A DNA stretch of 48,401 nucleotides, counting the filler, from Jimgerdemannia flammicorona (taxonomy: Eukaryota): the NCBI GenBank assembly GCA_003990765.1. It is 2 parts of 2 records of this genome, joined end to end, with 100 filler letters (N's around TTAATTAATTAA, not from the genome) between each part and the next. Parts side by side here need not be neighbours in the genome. Positions count along the whole stretch, not along the records: positions 1 to 24,153 come from RBNJ01001018.1; 1 more part is not named here. One strand, given 5' to 3'. Shown here in pieces: positions 1 to 12,000 of the stretch (positions within the stretch are counted from its first letter, which is position 1; each line of letters starts with the position of its first letter). Under the pieces are notes generated by a model. The model was not told the origin of the DNA. It did no database searches and saw only the letters and a program-made list of their open reading frames with translations. The position numbers and the translations under genes are program-made.

Positions 1-32
<32 letters not shown>

Positions 33-35
<3 letters not shown>

Positions 36-1197
36 ATTTTTCCCTCTTAGAGTCTCCAGCCTCTCTTCCTTTCATATTATAGCATCAGTATCAGTACTAG
101 TAGACTCATCTCACTCCTTCTTCAGAATATTCTATAGTTTAACCTCTATAATCTCAATCATCTGCTCACTCTTTATCATATCAGATACTCTAAACCAAAC
201 TCTATATATATCTCTCAACTCTATATCCTTCACATTCTGTATAGCTCAAGCATTAGTCCTCAACTTTTACTTCTTTTTTTTCTTTCAGATCTCAAGTATA
301 CTATCATTATAGAGCTACTGGTCTCTTACTTCCCTACTCTCTGCTACTTTCTCCAATACTGCTCCTGTCTTATCTCTGACCTAAGTGCTCACTATTGTCT
401 ATCTGAGCTCTCCTTAGTACTAGTAGTAAATGGCTCCTTTATATCTGCCAACAGGTCTCTCTGGTACTTTCTCTCCTATATCTTCTCTTACAATATCTTA
501 TCTATATAAATCTGCTTTCCATTTACTATCTCTAAGTATATTGATGCTATATATATCTACCAAGCAATTGCTATATACTCCACTGCTCTACTGAGCTCTT
601 TCAAGACCTTCAACAGATCCTTTTTTACCCTCACTACATACCTTATAAATAAATATACTCTATATCATCATAGATAGCTAGTTACAAGCCTTTCTGATAG
701 TCTTCTTTTTAGTAAATTAGAGTCAGATATCCACATCTCTAGTTCTGAATTAGATCCTGACCTGAAATCTAATATTTATAATATTACTATACTCTATTAT
801 GATCTTCTCTATCCTCTTTCTTATCTCAGTCATTATTACTATAAGTACTCCTTTTACTAAAAGCTGAATAACTCTTGGGTCTCACTTTAAATATTGAGCC
901 ATTAGTATTACTATCTTATTAACTATCAATCTAATCTTCAAAGCCTCTTCTAATAGTCTTATTTTTTCAAAATCCACTCCAACTTTATTCTATCTTTTAT
1001 AGAAACTTCACTAAAGCAGCTTTAGCTATCTGCTTTAAGATCAGCTCCAGAACTATCTTTGCTATCACTATAGCTCTTAAAAGTATAATATGATGATAAA
1101 TTCCAAGATTAACTTCTTAAGTAATATAGCCACTACTAGGTCTATTATATTATCTATCAGATATTTGTTCCCTTTATATCCTATCTGCTCAGCTCTG

Positions 1198-1199
<2 letters not shown>
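33..1199 (-). mobile_element. Old, heavily decayed LINE ORF1-region fragment; host of the younger LINE, probably continuing at ~7200-7560
   Basis: Bases ~600-1170 align by eye with 5990-6570 of the adjacent LINE (e.g. aaattccaagattaacttcttaagtaat vs aaactccgagattgacttcttgagcaat), with many C>T/G>A changes. Confidence 0.75.
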
Positions 1200-1231
<32 letters not shown>

Positions 1232-1374
1232 GTCACTTGGACTTCCTTTCTTTATTATACCCATAAATATAGTGAACTCACTCCCTAACTGATCCCCCTA
1301 GGGGCCCTCCCCCCACCTACCCCTACTCTACAAAAGGCTACTTTGTCCAATACTAACTCTACTCTTCCATCACT

Positions 1375-4300
1375 CTATTCACAGATTCTTGCCACTAAGC
1401 CACAACATTGCCCCCATTGAGGACCCCAACTCACCCACCATCCAGTCAGCAGATCTCCCAACAACTCCTCTAACCATAATACCTTCTTCTGTAGCCCCAT
1501 CTGCCACTCCTCCTCAAATACAAAAAGCCAATATCCAGTTAGTCCCACCCATACTGCTAACACCCACTCTACAGTGAGCCAACTATCATCTACACCACCT
1601 ACTAGCCAAGATCTCAAGTCCTCTCAGTGGCCCCCCTCCTCTGCTGGCCATCACTCTACACTCAGTCTATTCCCTATTTCTACCCAAAAGTCCCCCAAAA
1701 CCTCACACTCTCCTAGCCAGTGTTCTGGCATCTATACAAGTCCCCCAGCTTATCCAACATTGTAGTACTTCTCACAATCTAAACAGCCACCATCCACCAG
1801 ATGCCCAGTATGATAATTTAACATGATATTCCTCTGCAGCATTCACCACCATACCACCCAGAACTTGGGAGGAAGCCACCACTGTACCTCAGCACTCTAT
1901 GACCAGATACCTGCCCAGTCTCACTCCTCACTGATCCCTGTCACCTGCCAGCCACTTGGCCAAAGATCTAGGCCAAGACCCTGCTGCAACTCCACTCTAT
2001 CTCCAATATTAAACTCAGTAAGTGAAGCACTCCCCAGAAGCAGTCTATCCCATCACCACATACCAGGACCCCACATCACCTCCCCCTCATTGCCTTGCCA
2101 GCACAGGCTAATTCGGTATGCTCTATCTACCACCTCCCACCAAAAGCCCTTAAACTGCAGTCACTGATTTTCATTCAGCCCCACCAAAGAAAGCAGATCT
2201 CCTGAGGACCCTCGAGGGGAGGACCTCATCTCCCACACCTTCTGCATCAGTGGTACCCATCCTCCTCCCTGTAGTTCAGTAGCTCTCTTCAACCACTAGG
2301 CCCTCAAGCAGTACAACCTCTTAGGGAAATCCACAAGGCCAAGACTCTTCTGACCACTGGTATTACAAGAGTATTCCAACTGATCTGAGATCTCCCCCCT
2401 GTCCAAATCTAATCTCTAGCCACCTTCATCAGTCTCTTCACCACTCAAGCTAGGAAGTCTAGATGATAGGCTATATACCATAGCTTGGAGAACCAGTAGA
2501 CATTCAGAATTGATACATGCCCTACCAGAGAGATATAGCGGCCTCCCCAACCTCGAAGGGCCTCCCCCCAAATGGTCACTCTGCTCTTCCACCACACTTA
2601 TAGCAAGACAGACCCATATATAGAAAGAAAGATGCTCAGATATCACACTACCTCACTAGTAGGGACAATTGTTCCAATGATGTCCCCCCCCACTAGTCCA
2701 TTCCCTAGCACCATTGTCTCACACTTATGCTAGTTGAGCTTTACCCCAGAGTGAGCCTCATACCATTTCACTATTCTCTTAAGTGCCTCAATATCTGCCA
2801 CCAATCTAAGTCCAACCACTATGTTATCTGCAAAGGCCCCCACCTTCCACACTATATCATATATAGAGAGCCCTGCCATCTTCCAGCAAATTCTATCCAT
2901 CAAAGGCTCTAAAGAAAGGGTATATAGCACAGAGGACAGAGGGTCTCCCTGAGGAACTCCTCTTCCCAAGGGAAATGCCAGACCTTAGTAACCATTACAC
3001 ATTAATGCTGCCTGACTGCTATCTAGCAGATTCAATATAGAAACCCAAAATCTTGGGAGAACATCAATTCAATCCAACACCTTGCTCAGCCAAACCTGCC
3101 ATATATGGTCATAGGCCTTCTTCTGGTCCAAAAAGACCAATCTTCCATTCAGTCCATAAGCCCAGGTCCCTTCAATGATACCATGTACCCATACAGTCTC
3201 ATCTCTTATAAGTCTGCCCCTAACAAAGCTCTGCTACTCCTCTCCCAGCACCTGTTGGGTAACTTTCTGCAACCTTGTAACAATTACCTTAGTCACCATC
3301 TTCTTGTCCATATCCAGAAGCATGATCAGTCTCCAATTCTTTCAGTCTTCCCTCCTTCTCTTGTCTTTGTACAATAAGGCCACCAGCCTGAGGTCCTGCT
3401 CTCCAACCCACTCACTACTCTGAAGAACATGGTCACAGAAAGCAGCCATCTCACCCAAAACTCTGGGGACCTTTACCATCTTCTTCCAGAAGTCCCACAG
3501 TAACCCATCCTCCCCTGGTACTGTTCCAAGCTTAGTTGCTACAAGGATACTCTGGATCTTCTCTCCTTATACTGGTAAGATCAAGTTCTGCTACTTGTGG
3601 TGGCCCCCACTCCTCTAGTGTATCTACAATCACTGCCTCATCAGCACTCCCTTCTCTCTCACTCCACAAAACCTGCCATCTCTTCTTCAAAACCCCTAAG
3701 ATTTGTTGTATTCCATGTACCATGTCCCCATTAGCATCTAAGACTCCATCTCACTGATGTCGCACCCTCCTAGCTTTGAGGAGTCTTGACAGGTACCTAG
3801 TAGGCTGCTCAATCTCCTCAAGCTCCTGCCACCAAAGTCTAGCAACCATTCCTTATATATGAGTCTCTTCCTCTTCTCTCAACATCTGTTACAGTTCTAC
3901 TATCTCCAATTTTGCCCACTCTATCCTCCACTCCTCCACCCCATCAGAAGTAAGCAAATTTGCCCAATCCATTTGCAGTCTCCTCAGCCTGCTGGAAGCA
4001 CACCTCATGTGCTTCCTCCTCTATCTCCCAGCTTCTCTACCAGCTCCTCCCTAATAGACCCTCACAGCCTCTTTCAATCTCATCCAATGGACATCCACAG
4101 ACAAACCCTCATATCTCCAGATAAAAACCTTTACCTGAATGTCCTCCACCTATGCATCTCACAACCCCTTCTCAGCCAGCAGGAAGGAGTTAAGGTGCCA
4201 ATGTCCAGGTCCATCTCCACTCCCCCCAAACTGCCCCTACTTCAACAGTCTCCAGTAATCAGACCATGGGCACCACTCTACCTCCAGTGTCTTCCAAACA

Positions 4301-4935
4301 TCAGAACCCCAACACTCAGCTGTCAGAATCTAGTCAATCCTTATACCCAAGCCATTCACCCAATATATGTAGACCCTGGTGTTGCCCCACCATGTTCTGC
4401 CCATATTCCCTAAGGAGCTCAAATTCTCCACCTCCTCCCATGCATCCAGACCTCCACTTCTCTCCCCTGCACTCCTCCCTCCATCTGTTCTATCTAGATG
4501 CTGATCCCAAACCATATTAAAGTCCCCACTGAGAACATCAACCTCTTTCTCTAAGAGAATACCCTCCTCTAGCAGCTTCTTAATCTATGCAATTCTCTCG
4601 CCCCTAACTGCTGGGCAGTAGCAAGAGCCAACCCTCATCAACTCTCACTCTGGCTGATGCCAATCTCCCCAGACCAAGTGATCACCCCAGCTCCTGATTT
4701 CCCTCAAGTCTCCTCTATCCTTCCTCACCAGAATTGCCACTTTTCCAAACCAAGCAATAGTCCTACCCCATTCTCTAGTCCACTCTACCCGATCATCCTC
4801 ATCCTCACACCATATATCCTATAGTAAAAAGAGATCAGCCTCCAATCTTTTGAGCCAAGTAAAAATGTTCTTATACTGCCCAGATCTCCTTAACCCATTC
4901 ACATTCAAAGAGAAAATGTTGGTTGTACTATTCAT
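1375..4935 (-). pseudogene. LINE ORF2 (AP endonuclease + reverse transcriptase), disrupted by stops and frameshifts
   Basis: Starts MNSTTNIFSLNVNGLRR (APE motif I) at 4935. RT motifs LDQKKAYD (~3130), GVPQGDPLSSVLY (~2940) and AFADNI (decayed YADD, ~2830). Confidence 0.9.
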
Positions 4936-4949
4936 AAGAAATAATGTTA

Positions 4950-6801
4950 TATGGCAATCCCATCCTCTACAAGTCCGCATTTGGCTCCTCCTACACCAAG
5001 TCCAAGTTATATTCAGTAGTTAGTTCCCTTTCTCTAGCTTTCCATACCTCCAACCCTTCCAGAAGTTCTACCATCACCCTATCTTCTCTCTCCTCAAAGT
5101 TCTTGTGATACTCCAGACAGGCCTCCTGCCAGAGCTGCAAACCATGACACTCTGCCCAACAGTAGGCTGCCTGCTCACCAGTGACCACTACCAGCTCCAC
5201 CTTCCTCACCTCATCAATCTCATAATCCTCCTCCTCCAGGAAGATTGCAAGAATCTCCACCTTCAGCACCTCTACCACTCCATCTCCATACAGAATTTGC
5301 ACCCAATACTCCTCAGGTATTATCTGCAGATCCACTTCTCCCAATGCCTCAGCCACAAGGTTATCTATCACCTTACTCATCCACAGCAAGTTCCCCACCT
5401 TCTTCTCACTCAGAGTCTCTGGCCACCCTGCATCCAACATCATGGTATCAGCTCCTACACTGGCAGCCTCATCCCACTCCTCCTCAGGGATATCCACCAG
5501 CTTATCCTCACCAACTGCCACCACCTGGCCCCCTTTCACCACATCGAGGACCCCAAAGTGCACTCACTGAGCCCCCTGCATCAGTATATCCACTGTTGTC
5601 CCTCTCTTCACAGCCGGGCCCCTCCTGATAAGAGGGGGGGGGGTGGTATCCAATTTCTGCTCCCAGACCTCAAATGTGCCATCAGTATAGAGATCCTTGC
5701 TCAGTATCTTCCCAGCTCCTTCCTTGCTTGCCTCCACCTCTCCTTTGCCTTTACTAGCCCAGACACTGGCTTCAATGCCCCCAGACCCCTTATCTCCCTC
5801 TGCCTTCTTCTTTGCCTCTTCTTTCATACTTGCTAATAGCTCTCTCTGTCTCCTGCACCCCTGTACCCACTCTCACTGCCTCTTGTTAGTATGAATATAC
5901 TTCCCATCTACAATCTCCAGATGTGTTGACTCCTCAAACACTCTTCAGGCCTTTGCTCTCCTCTCAACCATATCACTCAACTCCTCCAGAGCCTTCAACA
6001 AGTCCTCTTCCTCCTCTTCACTCCCTTTCACCTTTGATACCTTACAGATAAAAGTCTCCCACATTAGTACTGAGGGCCAGTTACCTATCTTCCCTGTGAC
6101 CTCCTTCCCTGCCAGCCAAATCCTGACATTGACATCACCCATTCTGAATGTGGTCCCCTCCTACATCTGGAAGCCAATGTCCACCACATCACCATACTCT
6201 ACCATCACCTCCTCTACCCTCCTCCTAGTCTCCTCCTTTGTCACCATTAGTACCCCTCTCACCAGAAGCTATACCACCCTGGGGTCCCATCTCAAGCACT
6301 GTACCATAGGGACCACCACTTTTCCAACTACTACTCCAATCTTCAGGGCCTCATCCAGTGGGCCCACCTCCTCAAAGCCCACCTCAACCCCCTCCAGACT
6401 CTTCAGGAACTTCATTGAGGCTACCCTAGCCACCTGTTTTGAAATAAGCCCCAGGACCATCCTCACCATCACCACTAAGTCCTAAAAGTACAAGGTGGCC
6501 ACAAACTCCGAGATTGACTTCTTGAGCAATGGGGCCACCACCAGCCCTATTATACTATCTGCCAGGTCTCCCTTCTGCATTGGAGGCCCCTACTCCACCT
6601 TGTCATTAGCTCTCATATCTCTTTTTTTTTCCTGAACCCCTATCATACTCCTATCAACAGTTAGTCCCAGCTATAGTCCCTTCAGCCCCTATACTTACCT
6701 CTCCCCTCTGAGGGTCACTTCTCCTCCTGACACTAGTCTTGTCCTTCTCATCAGCAGTGCTATCTCTGGTTTCAGCAGACCATCCACTCACCTTTATCTT
6801 G

Positions 6802-6860
<59 letters not shown>

Positions 6861-7089
6861 GTTACTTGGACTTCCTTTCTTTATATACCTTTATCTTGTC
6901 AGTAAAGCTAGAGAGACCAGGCCTTCCCCCAGATTCACCAGACACTAGTCCTTCTCCAGAGCCTTCACCACCCTTCAACCCTCTAAAAGCCCCCATCCTT
7001 AATCTATAACCTCTCTCCACATGCTGCCAGCCAAAAGTCCCAGGTCCGCCTGATCCAGCATGCCTGTCAGAAATCTTGCTCAATGACAT
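4950..7089 (-). pseudogene. LINE ORF1, disrupted
   Basis: Series of acidic/coiled-coil minus-strand ORF fragments (4991-5563, 5564-5827, 5945-6142, 6269-6475, 6862-7089) directly upstream of ORF2 and inside the TSD-bounded element. Confidence 0.65.
6804..6886 (-). mobile_element. Extremely 5'-truncated copy of the same LINE family (~29 nt of 3' end + poly(A)) inserted in ORF1
   Basis: poly-T followed by atagttacttggacttcctttctttat matches 1229-1255. Flanked by 14-bp TSD acctttatcttgtc at 6790-6803 and 6887-6900. Confidence 0.9.
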
Positions 7090-8511
7090 TTTTATAGTAT
7101 CTTTTCTCTGAGTTGTATTGAAAACTGTTGCTTGAAGTTTGTGTAATATGAATTATACAAGAAAGAGGTGGCAACTGCCAATGTCTGCTCAGCTCTGCTA
7201 TTAGTAGTCATATGTATCTAAATTTTTTGTCAGATTTCCAGTCATATTGTCATTAGTAATCTCACCTCTACTCTTAGCTATAGCCTCACTAGTCTCTATA
7301 TTAACCTCTCTAGCCATTAATCCACCAGTTCTTTCAGTACTTATTTTTTTCTTCTCCTCAGTCTTACTACTCTAAGTACTTCCAAACTGGTCTCCTGTCA
7401 TTATCTTATTAATAAAACTCATCAGCCTCTACTCTTCTCTATCTCTACCTAATAGTTGACTTCTATTTTACTTTTCTTACTCACTTTCACTACTAAAGAA
7501 CTCCAATCTCATGTTATAGCCCCTTCTAATATATTATCACTTAAAGGTCCTAGATTTATTCAACTCAGTATACTTATTAGAATACTTATTGATCACTATA
7601 TTATTATTATTTTTCTCTAATAAACTATATAAAAGTATATTGTAAAGTTTATATATATAATATGAGAAAAATTATATTTTCTTTTTCTTTATTAACTTAA
7701 TTATTGCTATTTATATTATTATAATGAGATTTATTTATTTATTTATTTTTAATTATTTTAGAAGATATTAATATTTGAGAATATGTTATCTTTTCATTTA
7801 ATATATAAGTATTATTTAAATTTTTAATTATACTTTTCTTTTTTTAAATGAGATAAAAAAAATAAATTAGTTAACTTCTTCTTCAGAATTTTCACCCCTG
7901 TTATAATAACTGAGAACTATCAACTTTAGCTTCAAAATATAAGATATAATAAGATAAATCTTTCTTTAAAAAAATTTAAAAACTATAACTAAAACATTCT
8001 ATTCAAAATTATTAATTAATAGTATTGCAAAGAGATTGACTTGTTATTAAGATTCTAGCCCAGTATTTTTTAATATCTTGACAACTTTAAATATTACAAT
8101 TAATAATAAAGACAGGCTGATTATACGCTTGCTAATATTCCAAGCACATCACGTGATTTAATGAGATTTTCAGTTTAGCCGATTTTGGTTACATGACTGA
8201 GGTCTTTAGGTTGGCTGTGCTATATCTATCTAGGCCACGAATCCAGTCTCTCAGAGTGCCATTGTGACCGCAAAGAACTAGCATACTTTTAAGCAATGTT
8301 ACATTCCCATGAGTCATCTACGGTTATACCTGTCCAAACTCTCAATCAAAGGACACGAGCTCGCCATGGTTGAAAAAAATAAAATGCACCATGAAATCTC
8401 GGGTCCTAACTGTCGAGACCCAATATGGCTTAGTAAAAAAATTGGGATTTCCGTTTATATAACCGATACTGCAAACGCCTCGGCCTATGACATATTAAAT
8501 ATGGATATATA

Positions 8512-8754
8512 TAGTGTTCCAAACGTCTCGGGTCTCGAGTCTCGATGGGGCATCTCGATCGGGACCGGGGCAAGACCGGGTTGTCTTGAGACCGAAATTA
8601 GACCCAGGACGTCTCGATCTAAACTGGGATTAGTACCATAATTACGAGATTGAAAAGTCTTGAATCAGATAATCTCGCCGAGACTGGAATGATCTCGTCT
8701 AGACGAGAGGGTCTCGTAGAGAACAGAACAGTCTCATCACTAACCGAGACACTA
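8512..8754. mobile_element. Putative hAT-type MITE (243 bp)
   Basis: Termini TAGTGT...ACACTA; 8-bp flanks gatatata/gatatatc (7/8 match, TSD-like); many internal GTCTCG/CGAGAC subterminal motifs. Confidence 0.6.
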
Positions 8755-9040
8755 GATATATCTGTGGCCAGACATATATGTATATAATGATGATTAAATG
8801 CCACTGGAAGCAAACTCTCAAAATGGCAATCACCGATGAAGCAGAAACTTGAGACACGATGGGTATCACACAAGCTAGTACTATAATAGCCATGTTTACT
8901 AAAGAGAATGTTCCAGGTATCGTGTGAGGTTCCGAAAAGAGATAGCCGTCACAATTTCGGTACAGCACGATAACTTGCAGACAACTCTCAACTCTTCTCT
9001 TGATCACCGAAAGAAATATCAGTATACACGTTTGCCCCCC

Positions 9041-12000
9041 ATGTCCTCCTCCTTCAAACTTCCAACTCCTTCACTTGACGAAATCAAAGCCTGGGATGAA
9101 AACAGAGTCTTTGAACACTTTCAGCATCCCGCTCACAAATTGAAACCCGAATATGTCGCAATCTTACAAATTCAGGAAGTAGACGGGAACGCTCTTTTTC
9201 AGATTACCAAAGAAGATCTATTGGGACCACCATATAACTTACCTGGTGGACCTGTGGCTAAAATCATCGGTGAGATCGCTCGATTACGAGGTAATTGATG
9301 ATTATCAAATGCAAACGCTTCACGGAATTATTTTCAAGTAAATGATTCCGCTAACAGTTTGAATATTATTCGAATGTTTGGTATCTTAGCTCACTGGAAT
9401 TTTAACATTTCATTTGCATCTAATCTAGGAACAGGCGTCGGTCAGCGTGCATCTCTGGAAGGTGTTATCTTTTTTTTTTTTTTGGTGACAGTCATGTGTC
9501 TTAACACACGAATTCACCATCTTGATTTAATACATAATTTGATTATAGAAAATCACATTGGCGATAAGGAAACCATCGCATTCGAAATGAACACGAGCCT
9601 GCGAAACCTGAATCTATCGGGTATGTAGAAGTGAAGTACGCATTCATCTGTTTAGTGTTCTGCTGGCAACTATGGGTAAAAATTTATATGTTCTACTGTA
9701 GGCAATGGTACTGGCGAGGAGGGAGCCAGCACTCTAGCCGAAGGACCGAAAATGAACACAAACCTGCAAACTTTGGATCTAGACGGTATGTAATAACCAA
9801 GTTCATTGCCTTTATTAATTTAATTTTTAGTTTTCTTTTCTTTTATTTGCTTTTAATTTTATTTTACATTCATCTGTTTGTTGTTGCTGATGGGCTTTTA
9901 TGTGTTCCTCTGTAGGAAATACCATTGTCAAGGATGGAGCCAGCGAACTGGCAGAAGTACCGGAAATGAAAACGAGTCTGCAAAACCTGAATTTAGAACG
10001 TATGTAGGAAGAAAGAAAATTACATTTTTACATTCTCCTGTTTAATCTCCTAGCTGAAAAACACGTGAATACATTTTATGTATTCTTCTGTAGGAAATAC
10101 CATTGGGGAGAAGGGAGCCAGCACATTAATCGAAGCACTGAAAACGAACACCATCCTGCCAACTCTGAATGTAAAAAGTATGTCGGAATGAAGCATATTT
10201 ACATTCTTTACACTTACATTCTGAGCTGTCAGTCATGCATGTGAATGTTATATGTTCCTCAGTAGAAAATGACCTTATCACACAAGCAGAAGCCTTGGTA
10301 ATGATTAGAAGCTTACAAAATCTGGATCTACTGGGTATATATAAATGAAGCACATTACATTTTATTCCTTCTTTTTCGATCCATTTGTTCCATTTCCTGA
10401 CTAACAGTCGTGCATATATATTTATATGGTTCTCTGTAGGGTGTGGAATTGGCGAAGAGGGAGCTAGCATCCTCGCCGAAGAACTGAAAATGAACACGAG
10501 CCTGCAAAACCTGAATCTGGAAAGTATGTTAGTTATTTTGATGCTTTAGCAGACAACCACATGTATAAATTTTTGTATTCCTCTATAGACAATGGTATTG
10601 GCGAGAAGGGGGCCAGCGCACTAGCCGAAGCACTGCAAATTAACACGAGCATGCAAGACCTGAATCTACAATGTAGGAATGAAGCGCGTTATATTTTGCA
10701 TTCATCTCTTTAGTGTGCTGGCGGACAACAATGCATATAAATTTTATGTGTTCTTCTGTAGACAATGATATTAGCGAAAACGGTGCCAGCGCATTATCCG
10801 AAGCATTGAAAATGAACACGAGCCTGGAAAATCTGAATCTATTGGGTATACAGAAATGAAATGCATTACATATTTATATTCATCAGTTTAGTGTTCTAGC
10901 TTACGATTATGCATGTACATCTTATGTAGGCAATGGCATTGGCGAGAAGGGAGCAAGCGCACTTGCCGAAGCACTGAAAATTAACACGAACTTGCAAAAC
11001 CTGAATCTACAATGTATTTAGGAATGATGTACATTATATTTTTGCATCCATCTACCACTCATATCCGTTTATATGTTCCTCTGTAGCCAATGGAATTGGC
11101 GAGAAGGGAGCCAGCGCACTAACCGAAGCACTGAAAATGAACACAAGTCTGCAAAACCTAATTCTATGGTGTATGTAGGAATGAAGCATATGTTATTTTG
11201 CATCTGTTTAGCATTTCGGCCGACAAACACGCATATATAATTAATGTGTTCCTCTGTAGACAACGACATTGGCGAGGAGGGGGCCAGCGCACTAGCCGAA
11301 GCACTGAAAATGAACACGAGCCTGCAAAACCTAGATCTAGGCAGTATGTTGCGAATTATATTTTGTATTCATCTTTTTTGGCATTATTGCTAATACTTAT
11401 GCATACCATTTTATATCTTCCTCTCTAGACAATGGTATTGGCGAGAAGGGAGCCAGCGCGCTAGCCGAAATATTGAAAATAAACACGAGCCTACAAAACC
11501 TGAATCTGGAAAGTATGTAGTAATTAAGTGCATTATATTTTCACAACCATCTGTTTAGCATTCTAGTTGACAACCATGGGAAAATTTTTTGTGTGTTCCT
11601 CCCTAGGAAATATCATTAAGGAGAAGGGAGCCAGCGCATTATTCGAAGCACTGAAAACGAACACCATCCTGCAAAATCTGAACGTAACAAGTGAGTAGGA
11701 ATGAAGCATGCTACATTCTTCGTACCCGTGTTCTGGCTGACAGCCATGTATGTAAATTTTATATGTTCCTCGGTAGGCAATGGCCTTACAGCAATCGCAG
11801 AAGCCCTGATAATGATAAGGAGCCTACAAAATCTGGATCTATCGGGTATGTATGAACGAAATGCATTATATTTATTATTTTCAATCTTTCTGTTTTGTGT
11901 TCCGACTGACAACTATGCACATATATATTTCTCCGTAGGGTGTGGTATTAGTGAGAAGGGGGCCAGCCAAATAGCTGAAGCACTAAAAATGAACACGAGC

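Larger units (their letters stand above)
1200..7183 (-). mobile_element. Near full-length decayed non-LTR retrotransposon (L1/Tx1-like LINE), ~6 kb
   Basis: Poly(A) tail seen as poly-T at 1200-1228. 16-bp TSD tctgctcagctctgct at 1184-1199 and 7184-7199. APE endonuclease and RT motifs on the minus strand. Confidence 0.93.

Noticed and set aside
1389..6485. Many plus-strand Pro/Ser/Leu/His-rich ORFs
   Set aside because: Antisense shadows of the purine-rich minus-strand LINE.
8309..8641. 110-aa ORF upstream of gene 1
   Set aside because: Runs into the MITE-like element and shows no recognisable domain.
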